Shown: positions 1 to 13,324, counted from the first letter of the stretch. The stretch: 64,000 nucleotides of DNA from Octopus vulgaris (GCA_951406725.2 OX597815.1:113894001-113958000), one strand, 5' to 3'. A program made the numbers and translations. The notes: generated by a model from the sequence alone, not told the origin.

Positions 1-1047
1 GTTAGTATTTCTACTATTTGTCACTGTATTTCCACGCCCTGGTCACACGAGATAGAATTACCTTCTAGGTGTTAATCAATAAAAGAAAAAGATGTATTGT
101 AAATGCACACATACATCCAAAATATATTAACACATACACACATGCATTTCTGGACTGTTGTTCTGAATAGCAGTTAACATTAGCTGTAACAGCTCTGTTA
201 AGAGTAATGGAATTTCTTGTAATGGGAAAATGAATTTTAAATTCGGCTCACTATGAGCATTTGATATCTATAAAGAACTTTTTGTCTATGTTGAAATCTT
301 ATTCTAAACACTCTGGTCTGTTATCAAATTTGCAGTCCTATAACTTGATAATATTATCTGCTCCCTCTTCTACTGTTCTGCTGTTATTTGATTTTATTGT
401 AAATCAGAAGCATGTGGGTGTAGATAAATGGGTCCAAGATTCTAAACTAAAGTGGTTTAGGATATGTAGTTAGGGTGTGATGCAGATATTTTTCAAACCT
501 AACAGTTGCCAGCTCTGTTGATGTGTAAGTGTCGTTCCTGGGAGAAATTGTAAAGCGCTGGACAAAATGCTTTATGGCATTTAGTTACTTCCCTTTAAAT
601 TTTGAGTTCAAATCCTATTGTGATCCGCTTTGCCATTCATTAGTATTGAGTTGATGAAAATAAGTTTTAAAAAACCCACTCAACTAACAATGCTGTCTAC
701 AGAAGTTTGTGATTATGCTCCAATATTGAAAGTCATTATTATAATCGTTGTTGATGAAAGCTATCAGTAAAGTGCCAGACAAAATGCCTTTCAGTATTTT
801 GTTGTTGACTGCATCCCTCCCCACCAAAATATGTAGCCTTGTACCTGTGTAAGAGACCATCATTATTAATAGCATCACTTTATTGAAGACTGGATCATTG
901 AATTAACTTTTCCTGGTTTTCCCTTCTCTGTAACTAAGCTTCAAAGGCTAAATGATATTTTTTCACCTAATGGAATATGAAGATAAGATTGCAAATGAGA
1001 GATGCTGTTGTCTCAGCGAATCAACTTTCAATATTAAGCATAAACTA

Positions 1048-1250
1048 AGGAGGCAAGCTGGCAGAATCATTAATTAGCATTCTAGCATTTCATGCAGCTT
1101 TATGTTCTGAGTTCAAATTCCACTGAGGTCAACTTTGCCTTTCACCTTTCAGGGTCGACACAATAAGTACCAGCTAAGCATTGAGGTTGATGTAATTGAC
1201 TTACTCCAACCCTGAAATTGCTGGTCTTGTGTCAAAATTTGAAATCAATA
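1048..1250 (+). mobile_element. tRNA-derived SINE family C; other copies at about 15955-16120(-), 18772-18985(-), 32525-32600(-), 39180-39280(+), 42960-43165(-), 63020-63135(+)
   Basis: Shared gagttcaaattcc...gtc(a/g)actttgcctttca.c...ggtcga...ataagtacc block. Confidence 0.82.
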
Positions 1251-1767
1251 TTCAGTATATAAACTAATCAGAATGGAACAAGTTTAGTCCTTTTAAGATG
1301 AATGGGCTGATAGATTGGCCCAGCATTTTTGTGCAAGAAACAAGATAGATCAGTCTCATATATAATATATACATTATACTTTTTTTTGTCTATTGAGAAT
1401 CAAATACTTTCTTCCAGAATTTTCAATGGGACTCTTATTCTTTTTCTGCCTCATAAAAATAGTTCTGTCTTCTTTGTAATAATATCTTCAATAATCTTCA
1501 TTTCCAGAAGGTTGGATTTGTTGTGTGATTTTTTTTTTTGTTTTCTTTTGGGTTCATTTCATGCATGACAAAATAAATGAAAGAAAAATAAGGATGAGTT
1601 TCCTCATGTCTTTTGTTTGCATAACTATATGTGTTAATGTCTACATGTACATATATGCATGCAGACATGTTTGTATAAACATACCTTTTGAATAAGTTTT
1701 GCCTTGGCTTCTAAAAGTTACCAAGTCTCTCTAGAATATTTTCTGTCTACTTTTACCTCTTCTGTAG

Positions 1768-1844
1768 ATATTCCACTGGAAGCAGTTAGAGAATCTCTAT
1801 TATCGAGAGAAGAAATTTTCTGTGGAGGTTCATGACCCTAAACG
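1768..1844 (+). CDS. FRMD4: Coding exon of FRMD4-like FERM domain protein (FERM C-lobe): IFHWKQLENLYYREKKFSVEVHDPK(R)
   Basis: Acceptor ttttacctcttctgtAG, donor cg|GTGAGT; 77 nt, phase 0 to 2. Translation closely matches vertebrate FRMD4A IFQWRQLENLYFREKKFSVEVHDPRR (recalled). Confidence 0.95.
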
Positions 1845-2317
1845 GTGAGTTACTCTTATATAACATCTTATATTTGTCTTGAAAATAATATTTTCATTGC
1901 ATGGAGCATCTCTGACTGTGGCATGTCTGTTAATAGCTCTCATAGTAGTAGTTGTAGCAGCAGTAGTAATTATAGCAGTAATTTTTTTCTTTTATCAACT
2001 GAATGAAATTATTGTGACATGTTTAGTTTTGTTGTTGCTGGTTTTGGCAGTTGAAACCAGCTTTGGAACTACTGTTAGAGCAGATAAGATATTTAGTATT
2101 GTCTTATTCTTTGCTGTTGTTGTTTTTCTCTCTTCAGTCTATTTAAACTTCTCTTCTTTGCAGTTCATACACACACACACAAGAATTAAGATATAAACTC
2201 AAATTAAGCAATCATATATGTTAATAAATTATATCCTAGTTCGACCTGAACACTTCTTAAGCAGTTCTATATTCTTCGTAAGAAAGAATAATAATATTGT
2301 ATATATATATATATATA

Positions 2318-2962
2318 GCCCCTGCCCATTCAAAGTACCCTGGATTCCAGAACATTCCGCTCTGCTTGAGGAGACCTGTTGAGTCAAGTACATGAACATG
2401 AACATCGAAATAAATATCAATGGAAATAGTAGTTGTGATACCTGTGCCGGTGGCACATAAAAAGCACCATCTGAACGTGGCCGTTGCCAGTGCCGCCTTG
2501 ACTGGCTTTGGTGCCGGTAGCACATAAAAAGCACCATCCGAACGTGGCCGATGCCAGCACCGCCTCGACTGGCTTCTGTGCCGGTAGCACATAAAAAGCG
2601 CCATCCGAACGTGGCCGATGGCAGCGCTGCCTCGACTGGCTCCAGTGCCGGTGGTACATAAAAAGTACCATCCGAACGTGGCCGTTGCCAGCGCCACCTT
2701 GGCTGGCTTCCGTGCCGGTGGCACGTTAAAAGCTCCAAACGATCGTGGCTGATGCCAGACCCCCCTGGCACCTGTGCAGGTGGCACGTAAAAAGCACCCA
2801 CTACACTTGCGGAGTGGTTGGCGTTAGGAAGGGCATCCAGCTGTAGAAACTCTGCCAGATCAGACTGGAGCCTGGTGCAGCACCTGGCTTCCCAGACCCC
2901 AGTCGAACCGTTCAACCCGTGCTAGCGCGGAAAACGGACGTTAAACGATGATGATGATGATG
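2318..2962 (+). mobile_element. Retroposon family B (RTE-like 3' end, (GAT)n tail) with internal 67-bp minisatellite
   Basis: ttggcgttaggaagggcatccagctgtagaaac...aacggacgttaaacgatgatgat; multiple copies in the window. Confidence 0.88.
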
Positions 2963-3065
<103 letters not shown>

Positions 3066-3346
3066 CCCCCTTCTACAGCTGGGTAACATACGACTGACCA
3101 AAAAAGTACAATGCAATTTCAGCCACCTCAGAAAAATACCCCTTTCTCTCTTTGCTTCTTTTCTTTTTCCTCTCTCTTCTTGTCCTTTCTTTTTCCCTTT
3201 TTTTCTCTCTCTCTAACCAAGCCTCCAAATATTCACCACATACAGATAAGAAGTAACAAACAACATTCTCTTTGTCATTTAACTCCAGATTTTTTCAGCT
3301 AACTCGTATATATAAATGGCATAAATTTTCCATTAAAAAAAAAAAT

Positions 3347-3390
3347 CATTCCTGATGAATCTCTGAAATGGGATGAAAGTGCTAAATAAA
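3347..3390 (+). ncRNA. Minimal type I hammerhead ribozyme-like motif (Penelope-type), core intact, stem I damaged
   Basis: CTGATGA (3352-3358), stem II ATCTC-tgaaat-GGGAT, GAAA (3375-3378), GTGC, TA; NUH = CUA. Confidence 0.65.
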
Positions 3391-3472
3391 TAATTATCCA
3401 AAATTCTGACCACCTCCTTTTTCTTAATATATAAAATCTGTACACCACTTTAGACATATGTGTATATATATA

Positions 3473-3517
<45 letters not shown>

Positions 3518-4106
3518 GCACACACACACACACACACCACACCAAGCCACACCATAAGGTTGTGAGTTTGATTCTTGAACTGGTTGATGCACTTTGTCTC
3601 GGAGCAAGGCTCTTCATTTTTTGTGGCTCCAGTCAACTCAGCTGATGTTGAGCTGTAGCAGCATTTGGAACAAAAGTTTTGTGATGGACTGGTGTCCCTT
3701 GCAGTGAGGATTCTTGTACTTACAGTTGCTTATACACTTCAGAAACTGCAATGAACTCTGGCTTAATGAGGCTATAACCTTGAAACAGACTTTGTATAAA
3801 TAAAAGGAAACACCAGATATTTTTACAAAAATAATATTTGTAAACTATTCTTTAATGTATATGCATCACTTCCTCTTAATTTCGCCCCTTGTTCCTTTTG
3901 TCCTCTCTGTCTCTTGGTTTTCATCACTCTCCCTCTTTCTCCAATTTGTTTCTGTGTTTCCTTTTTGCCTTCTCTCTTGCCTTGCCATCTCTAACACCAC
4001 CACTTCTATATATGGGCATAATTTAATGAAATTGAGACTGACAGATATATTTATTAATTAATATACTAAACAGTGTGTGTTTGATACTTTGAAATATGTA
4101 TTAAGG

Positions 4107-4137
<31 letters not shown>

Positions 4138-4230
4138 TTATATATATGTTTGTATGTAAATATGTGTGTGTGTATATGTATATATGAGTATATATGTATG
4201 TGTATATGTGTGTATGTATATAGATATCTG

Positions 4231-4269
<39 letters not shown>

Positions 4270-4312
4270 ATGCATATGTACGTATATATCTGTGTGTATA
4301 TATATATATATA

Positions 4313-4720
4313 GGCGCAGGAGCGGCTGTGTGGTAAGTAGCTTGCTAACCAACCACATGGTTCCGGGTTCAGTCCCACTGCATGGCATCTTGGGCAAGTG
4401 CCTTCTGCTATAGCCCCGGGTCGACCAATGCCTTGTGAGTGGATTTGGTAGACGGAAACTGAAAGAAGCCTGTCGTATATATGTATATATATATATATAT
4501 ATGTGTGTGTGTTTGTGTGTCTGTGTTTGTCCCCCTAACATTGCTTGACAACCGATGCTGGTGCGTTTATGTTCCCGTCACTTAGCGGTTCGGCAAAAGA
4601 GACTGATAGAATAAGTACTGGGCTTACAAAGAATAAGTCCCGGGGTCGATTTGCTCGACTAAAGGCGGTGCTCCAGCATGGCCGCAGTCAGATGACTGAA
4701 ACAAGTAAAAAAGTAAAGAG
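4313..4720 (+). mobile_element. tRNA-derived SINE family A (CORE-like segment, internal TA/TG microsatellite)
   Basis: A-box-like GGCTGTGTGG, B-box-like GGTTCAGTCCC, cttgggcaagtg core, tail gactgaaacaagtaaaa; many copies in the window. Confidence 0.9.
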
Positions 4721-4963
4721 ATATATGCCTATACATGTATGTATGTATGTATATATATGTGTATATGTATGTATATATATATGTGTATATATATGTATGT
4801 ATATGTATGAATATATGTGTATATACATCTATATATGTATATATATATATGTATATATATGTATGAATATATGTGTATATACATGTATGTATGTATGTAT
4901 ATATGTATATATATATGTATGTATATGTATGTGTATATGTGTGTATATATATATGTATATAAA

Positions 4964-5350
4964 CGCAGGAGTGGCTGTGTGGTAAGTAGCTTGCGTACCA
5001 ACCACATGGTTCTCAGTGCAGTCCCACTGTGTGGCACCATGGGCAAGTGTCTTCTACTATAGCCTCGGGCCAACCAAAGCCTTGTGAGTGGATCTGGTAG
5101 ACGGAAACTGAAAGAAGCCCATCATGTGTATATGTATATATGTGTTTGTGTGTCTGTGTTTGTCCCTCCAACATCGCTTGACAACCAGTGCTGGCATGTT
5201 TATGTCCCCGTCTCTTAGCAGTTCGACAAGAGAGACCGATAGAATAAGTACTGGGCTTACAAAGAATAAGTCCTGGTGTCGATTTGCTCGACTAAAGTTG
5301 GTACTCCAGCATGGCCACAGTCAAATGATTGAAAAAATAAAAGAAAAAGA
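4964..5350 (+). mobile_element. SINE family A copy, in tandem with 4313-4720
   Basis: Same head, core and tail. Confidence 0.9.
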
Positions 5351-5513
5351 ATATGTGAATGTATGTGTGTGTGTGTGTGTGTATGTATATATATATATCA
5401 GCCATACAAGTTTTTAGCCAACACTGATATGTATGAACAAAATGGACAAATGTAAACAAATGTCTTTTTCATCTCTTTGTAACAAAAAGGAAAATAAATA
5501 TGTGGTTGAGGGA

Positions 5514-5560
5514 ATGACTAGACTAGTTTTAATCCTAACTGGAATCTCTTCAGAGATCAC
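5514..5560 (-). ncRNA. Decayed minimal hammerhead-like motif
   Basis: Minus strand: gtgatct CTGAAGA GATTC-cagtta-GGATT AAAA CTAG TC tagtcat. GAAA reads AAAA; palindromic ACTAGT; GUC site. Confidence 0.55.
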
Positions 5561-5750
5561 ACACCCACTCTTGTCTGTCCGTGGACCAAAAATATAGCCA
5601 ATAGTTATTTTCAACTACAATATATATTGATTTCATTAAATTGTTTACTCCAATTTACAAAGTTAGTATTTTTGTGGGTTACTTAGTTAAATATTTAATT
5701 ATTGATGTACTAACCAGCATGTGTTTGATAATTTTAAATGTATTTGAAGG

Positions 5751-6025
5751 CAGTGATTCTCAGACTGGTACATTTCAGTTTCCACGCCCAATATTAATGA
5801 AATTACCCTCACCCCGCTCTCATTGATTTAAATATTTTATAGGTTTTGCATCCATATAACTCTTTGTGTTCCGTGGTACTGAACAAGTTTAAAATTATGC
5901 TAAGACTATTGTAGTTTTTTTTTCTCATGGTTATTTATTTACCACCCACCTTCTTGTTTTCCATTTTTCCCCCTTTTCATTTTTCAAATTTCACCAGCCT
6001 GTCAGCCCCAGCATGAGAAACACTG
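5751..6025. mobile_element. Old hAT-like MITE
   Basis: TIRs cagtgattctca / tgagaaacactg; flanking 8-mers match only 5 of 8. Confidence 0.6.
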
Positions 6026-6934
6026 TATCAAGTGTACCTTTTATAAACAGAACAAGTTTTTAACCACTGTTAAGATGTGAAATTGAATACACACTGACAA
6101 ATATAAATAGGTGCTGTTGTCATCTCTCTGTGGGAGGCAAAGGTGGTTTGGCCTGATCTGGTTTCAGTCTTTCTTGGGATTTCTTCCGAGAGAGAGAGGA
6201 GAGATGGTAAAAAAACATTTGTTTACATTTGCTGGAGTGTATTCCACTACACATCACACTGTTAGCTAAAAATCTGTGTTGTTTAAAATGTATATCATAA
6301 TGAAACTTTCAAAGAGTCATTTTCATCAAAATTTACTTTTATTTACAAGTTCTTTGATGCAGTATTTACAGGGAACTCCTTGGGGGTTAACTTTCCTGTT
6401 TAACTTTTAATAGTAACAATTAAATGTTATTGTACCAATGTGGTATAATCCAGTTTCACCTCTATAATTTGTTACTAATATTCTTTAAAAAAGATTTTCT
6501 TGTTGTTGTCATTATTATTACTACAATCATCATCATGACACTATCTCATCTGGATTTTCTCTAAAATTGTATAAAATATATGTCAATTACAATTAAACAT
6601 GAGCATCTTTGTTGAATATTCCTTCTTTTCCCCATAGAGTAAAAGTTCTGGAATATGATATGATATTATTGATGAACCAAACCCAATTTTGATTTCACTT
6701 TACTTCTCTGCTAACACTTTCTAAGAACAGTATGAAGGTTATATGTTATTTGATTAGTCTCCCGATAAATTTAGCTCCTTTTGTAAAAAAAATAGTTTTC
6801 ATTGATTATATTGGTTCCTCAGATTTGTTTGCTTCTGTGATGTCTATTGGCCTGTTTCTGTCATTTACTGCATATCTTTTAGATTTTCAATAAACAAATT
6901 GGTCAGTTCTTTGATTTATGTAATTACATTCTTT

Positions 6935-7400
6935 GTTATCTGGAGGCTGACATGTTGTAGATGTGGAGCTTCATCTTCTGGGAGATAGAACAGTGGCACC
7001 AAAGAGGGTTCCATAGGGAGTACATGATCCCAGTGACCAGACGACATCTGCAGTTGTTTTCCGGGGTCAGGTCTCCATTGTTGGTGACTGTGGAGCCCAG
7101 GCAGATGAAGGAGCTAACAAACTTCATGACAGTGGGGTCAATATGGAGAAGAGGAAGGATCCTGGCTATCACCAACATGCATCAGCTTGGGTTTCACCCA
7201 ACTCACTTGAAGACCAAGCTTTGCTGATTCCTCTTGGTATATGGTCATTGTGCCCCTGAGCAGATTGGTTGAGTTGCTGAATAGGGTGGCATCATTTGTA
7301 TCCAGGTTGGTAAGGTGGTAGTTCCTGAAGGTAGCACCAGAGATTCTCTCACAGACTTTAGTTATTAGATAATCTATGAATCTCAAAGACCCTGACAATT
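6935..7400 (-). mobile_element. RTE-clade LINE reverse-transcriptase fragment
   Basis: Minus-strand frames give LTNLDTNDATLF...EESAKLGLQVSWVKPKLM (decayed YADD region) and FICLGSTVTNNGDL...LW...ISQKMKLHIYN. Confidence 0.85.
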
Positions 7401-9169
7401 TGTTACCAAGTTTCTGTTGAAATACATTGATTTTATTTCAATTAAGTTATAATCAAGTCATTATTAGTAACTAATCAAGTCTCTATTAAGCTGGTGTTTT
7501 GGAACATAAAGTAACATGAAGTTTTGATGGAATATTTTAAGTTAGGTCACTTTAAATGATGAAGATTTTATTATAGAACCAGGGACAGTCTCAGTGGGAT
7601 TGGTATCAAAAGGGTTAAAATAATAACTTCAATTTAACATACATGCATGTGTGCATGCATACATACATGATCCTTGTCATTGCTGTTCTCAAAAATTACA
7701 TATATAACTAGTTACCTATATATTTAGTGTTACATTCATCCTCCTCGATAAAAATAGCTCTTTATAACGTTAGTATTAAAGCCAATCAGGTCTAGCTACC
7801 ACAAAGTAAGAAAAATACAAACCCAAAATCACAAAGGAAGGGTCATTTTTCTTAGTTTCAACGTATTAGTTTGACATCAATATTTATGTAATCCCTTTAG
7901 CACAATGAATACCAAAGTATTCAAAGTATTATTTTATACTAATATTTTGTAAGTCATAACTTCCTGATTTGATCAGAAATCAAAGTATTTGCAATTCATA
8001 GTACTTCAGTGTTGACAAAACATATAGCTTTTGATGGTCCCTTTCTCCTAGTTTATACACAAATCAAGAATCATCAAAGTGTTAGATTAAATTCCCAGAA
8101 ATTGTACCCAAATTACACCCTGCTGTTTTAAAAAATGCGGTCCTTGATATATAAAAAGTTAGTCACATTTGGAATGTGACTTTTGGATCAAACTTGGAAG
8201 TAAATATCAACTATTTCTACTATTGCTGCTGCTACTGATATCTTGTGTAATTGTAGATTAGCAATTAAAAAACAGCAAAAGCACTGCATAATTAATTAAT
8301 GTTTCATTAAGTCCTAGTGCCAAGTTGAAGTCTCTCTAATAAGCTAAGCCTGTAATAGAACCATGTCATATCTGGAATAGTGATGGTGAGAAATATTTGA
8401 CAACTACTAACATTATGAAAACTGAGAAGCTCCAGTACATTGCAGCACATCTTGGTAATTAATGGCACTAGGATAGGATAAATAGATAGAAAAAAATTCT
8501 TGCTTATTCTAAAATATCCAATTTCTGTTTGTATTTGTCTGTTGGCATGACAACACAGATTTAAATTTGTTGGTGGCATTTAGGAGGAAAAAACCCTGTT
8601 AATTTGAAAATTATTTTCAATTTTTTATTTTATTCCAAATTATTAAATATAAACACTCTGAGCAGATATCATTAAATATCATTTCAGACTTTACTTGCAT
8701 TTATGGCTAGCCACTTAGAAGCATAATTTGTTTGAACTAGGACTGCTGCTCCAGTACATATGAAACATCATATTATTATCTTTGGAAAAGAAAAATGTTA
8801 ACAGGGAAAAAAGTTAGCATTACAAGAATCAGTTTATTCAGTTGTCTTCAAAAACATCCCCAAACTGTTGACATTTGAAGATCTCTTACACTGATGACAT
8901 AAATGTTTCAACATTGTAGACTGGAATTTAAATTTTTTGCTCATATGATATAATGCTGAAAACCCTACTGTGATGTTTTATCTCTCTATCCTTTTTTTCT
9001 TACTATCCGTCTCTCTTTATCTTACTGTTTCTCTCTCTCTCTCTTTTCAAATCTTTTTTCATATATATGTAACTATCTAAATGTATATTATGTACAATTT
9101 GAAGAGAGAGAAGGGAGGGGGAAAAGTGTGTGTATACATACATGTAAGTGTACACATATATATATATAG

Positions 9170-9323
9170 AGGCATGGGTGTGGTAAAAAGCTTGTTTTCC
9201 AACCACATGGTTCTGGTTCAGTTACCCTGTGTGGTACCTTGGGCAAGTGTCTTTTACTATAGCCTCAGGCTGATCAAAGCCTTGTGAATGGATTTGGAAG
9301 ACGGAAACTGAAAGAAGCCCATC
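9170..9323 (+). mobile_element. SINE family A, 5' half
   Basis: Head and core to gaaactgaaagaagccc. Confidence 0.85.
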
Positions 9324-10149
9324 ATATGTATGTATGTATCAAATGAATAATAACAGACAATGGATAATTGTCTGTTATTCATTTGATTATAATACACCAT
9401 AGGGATTTACAATATGTCAGACACCTTGGAGTATACCAACACCATACAATCAATGTGACTTGTACTTTAGACCAGCCACTTGGCACTAAATACTCATAGG
9501 GATGGTTTTCTCTGTACACAACCAGAATATCCTACTTGATATTTATCAACTGTAGGTGTTGACCACAGGCTTATCCAACCCTACCTAGTGCATATCTTTT
9601 CAAGTACCTCATTCTATCTGAATCATTATTATTATTATGATTATTATTATGATATACACACGCACACACGTGTGTACGAGTGTCTTTGTGTCTGTGTTTG
9701 TATATATGTGTGTATATTCACATATATACCAATGGTAGACAAACTTTAAAACAAAAGTATATAAATGTGTCAATATCATATGATAGCTGTAAACCTAATG
9801 GGGGTACAATATCTTGCTTGGAAACAGGTGAGGGTTAGCAACAGGAAGAGTATCTGGGTGTTGAATATGCACTTCAACTAATTCTGTCAATCCCTTCAAA
9901 GTATAAAAAAGAGATGAAAATGATGATTGATACACACAAACATACACATATGTGCACATATACATTTGTGTGTGTGTGTGTATAGTCAGTTTAAGAAAGT
10001 TAGATCCACTTTAGGGATTATATAATCCAAAAGATTCCACTGGTTAATCACTATTATATTATGCAAAAGTCTCTACAATGTGTTAGGGATTATTGTAGTA
10101 ATACATATTAATATTGAAAGAAAGAAGATGAAGAAAGGTGGATGTATGA

Positions 10150-10602
10150 ATAATTTATTTGTATAATATAAAGATGTTGAAATTTTTTTTAAAACATAAC
10201 AATACAAATAAATTATAAGTTGTAAAGCTCAAAAAGAAAATGGGACATGTGAAAAAACTTACATATATGTTTCAGTTCTAGCCCCTAGTTGATATGCAAT
10301 CTAAGCATTTAATTATATGCTAAGAAAAGTATCATTTTAAACTATATGGGCAGAACTTCTTCAGGGTTATTATGAGCTTATAGAACTAAGCATTTACATT
10401 TGAAGAATACATACAGAATATTACTTTCTTAGCATATAACCAAATGCTTAGAACTGCATATCAGCTAGGGGCTAGAACTGAAACATATATGTAGGTTTTT
10501 TCACATGTCCCATTTTATTTTTGATCTTTACAGCTTATAATTTATTTGTATTGTTATATTTTTTAAAAATTTCAGCATCTTTGTATCATACAAATAAATT
10601 AT
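10150..10602. repeat. Long inverted repeat, arms about 180 bp, spacer about 90 bp
   Basis: For example acatatatgtttcagttctagcccctag and ctaggggctagaactgaaacatatatgt. Confidence 0.93.
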
Positions 10603-11356
10603 GATTATATACACACAGACATGATGATTATATACACACAGACATACATACACACATACATATATATAGGTGAGTATGTGTGTGTTTGTTTTACATACAG
10701 GCAATATGAACCAAAGCATATTTTTTTTATTTGCTGAGCGGTTACATGAATGATTTAAGGGCTTAGAATTTTATGCTAAAGGGTTTATAACGCAAATTTT
10801 TGATAATTACTTCGTCACTTTAACATCATCTTCATCCTCATCATCGTTGTGTGATGACCACACCTCAACACAACAAAGATAGTAATTAAAATGTTGATGG
10901 TGATTCTATTTTTAATCTTATTGACTGACAGAGTGGGCGAGAGGCAGGGAGAGAGAAAAATGTGGAGAAGAAGAGAGAGAGGCAGAGAGAGAGAGAGTAA
11001 ATGGGAGGAAGTGTTTCAACATATAATGCTTTATTTGGTATGTATACTTTAGGTGAAGTCCTTTTCGAAGATGGTTTTGACAACCATTCCCAGCTTAACA
11101 GGAAAACCTACTGGAGTGGAATAACAATATACACATGACTAGTATTTCACTTATTAGTCATTTATTCGTCAAATTTTGTCAACTTCCTTCGTTCAATATG
11201 TCTCATTTTGTTTTAAGATATAAATATAGAAATCATCATTACCAACACCATTGTTATGTGAGTTTCTGCTGTATCATCATCATGTACTTGCTTTTGAGCC
11301 CAAGTGCTGTACCACAGAAATGGGTACCTATCCCCATCAATATGTATGTATATAAC

Positions 11357-11860
11357 TCTGCTTGCGAAGACCTGTTGGGGCAAGTGAAATCGAAATTGAA
11401 CCAATCCTATGACTGGCACCCGGCAGTTGCCAGGACCGCTGGACTGACTCCTGTGCAGGTGGCAAGTGAAGAAACACCATTTCGACCCTGTGCTTGAGGA
11501 GATCCATTGAGTCAAGTACACCAACATCAAAATCAATGGAAACTGCAGTTGTGATCCTTGTGCCGGTGGCACGTAAAAAGCACCATCCGAACGTGGCCAA
11601 TGCCAGCACCGCCTCGACTGGCTTCCGTGCCGGTGGCATGTAAAATGCACCAATCCGATCATGGCCGCTGGCACATAAAAAGCACCCACTACACTCACGG
11701 AGTGGTTGGCGTTAGGAAGGGCATCCAGCTGTAGAAACACTGCCAGATCAGACTGGAGCCTGGTGCAGCCTTTTGGTTTCCCAGATCCGCGGTCGAACCG
11801 TCCAACCCATGCTAGCATGGAGAACGGACGTTAAACGATGATGATGATGATGATGATGAT
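11357..11860 (+). mobile_element. Retroposon family B copy
   Basis: Same blocks and (GAT)n tail. Confidence 0.88.
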
Positions 11861-12218
11861 AGTTCTTAGATGCAATCCAACTATTCTTCATATAGAATAC
11901 ACTTGTAGTGCCCAAGAAAGTTAAACTTGAGCTGGTATAGAGGTAAATGTAGGGATAAGCAAATTGGATCACTATGTAAAGTATATTAAATACCTGAAAT
12001 ACAAAAGATGTATATATGTATACATATAAAAAGGTTCAACTTAAACAGATTCGAAATTTCTAATCAGTGTAAGTTGGACCATTTTATATGTATATATCAG
12101 TGTTTCTCAACCTTTTTACCCTTGCATAACCCTTAAAATGAATATATCTTAAGGAACCCCTGCACAAAAAAAATTATGTACCATATCTTACTCATACTTT
12201 TTTCATTGTAGTTCACAT

Positions 12219-12249
<31 letters not shown>

Positions 12250-12300
12250 ACTTGGAAATGGATATGTTGTGTTCAATTAAATGATATATAATATATATAT

Positions 12301-12797
12301 ATCATCATCATCGTTTAATGTCCACTTTCCGTGCTAGCATGGGTTGGATGGTTCAACTGGGGTCTGGGAAGCCAGGATGCTGTGCCAGGCTCCAGTCTGA
12401 TCTGGCAGTGTTTCTACAGCTGGATGCCCTTCCTAACGCCAACCACTCCATGAGTGTAGTGGGTGCTTTTTACATGCCACTGGCACAGGGGCCAGAGGAG
12501 GGTGGCAAACAGCCACGATCAGTTGGTGCTTTTTACGTGCCACTGGCACAGGGGCCAGAGGAGGCTGGCGAACAGCCACGATAAGTTGGTGCTTTTTACG
12601 TGTTACCAACACGGATGCCAGTCAGGCAGTGCTGGCATCAGCCACGTTTGGATGGTGCTTTTTACGTGCCACCGGCACAGGTATCTTGATTACAATTTCC
12701 ATTTGATTTTTATTTTGATATTGGTGTTGACGTACTTGACACAATAGGTCTCCTCATGCACAGTGGGTCACTCTATGATCCAAGGTTAGCACAGCAG
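12301..12797 (-). mobile_element. Retroposon family B copy, inverted relative to 11357-11860
   Basis: Starts (ATC)n gtttaatgtcc; reverse complement of the family. Confidence 0.88.
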
Positions 12798-12938
12798 GAA
12801 TGTTCTCAAGAAAATTTAGCAATTTAGTTTATATTCATTTAAAAGAAGTATTCATATAAAAGAATTTAGTTTATATTCATTTAAAATCAGAAGAAACTGG
12901 AGGTTGGGAAGTTAATAATTGTTTATCATTAACAGTAA

Positions 12939-13206
12939 ATTGGTCATCTTCACTTACTGCCATTTCTATCAATACTGAATGAACATTAAATTTACATTTC
13001 TGCGACATGAGCATGATATCATCAGAGGCTACCTTTGGATGTTATATGTGTGTTTGTGAATTCATTTTAGCAGAATTCACAAACCCACATGTAGCATCCA
13101 AAGGTACATCTGTTTTCCTCTGATGATATTATGCTAATGTCGCATAAATGTAAATTTATTGTTTATTGAGTATTAATAGAAACAGCTGTAAGTGAAGAAG
13201 ACCAAT
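12939..13206. repeat. Fold-back palindrome, arms about 125-135 bp, 9-nt loop
   Basis: tttgtgaattc-loop-gaattcacaaa; acctttggatg / catccaaaggt; atcatcagagg / cctctgatgat. Confidence 0.92.
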
Positions 13207-13264
13207 ATATATCATCATAATTTTATTTATATACATACATCTCTCTCTCTCATAGATATGTGTA

Positions 13265-13324
<60 letters not shown>

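Noticed and set aside
2444-2800. Regularly spaced repeats resembling a CRISPR array
   Set aside because: The intervening segments are themselves homologous, the array is inside a eukaryotic retroposon, and there are no cas genes.
2229-2915. 228-aa minus-strand ORF and similar ORFs at 11213-11818 and 12318-12747
   Set aside because: Open frames through the non-coding family B repeat and its minisatellite; no protein motif.
4313-4385. tRNA-like sequence with A and B boxes
   Set aside because: SINE head; no complete cloverleaf, and it continues into the SINE body.
8885-8925. CTGATGA followed by a short stem; similar case at 32369
   Set aside because: No GAAA box or convincing stem I; chance in AT-rich DNA.
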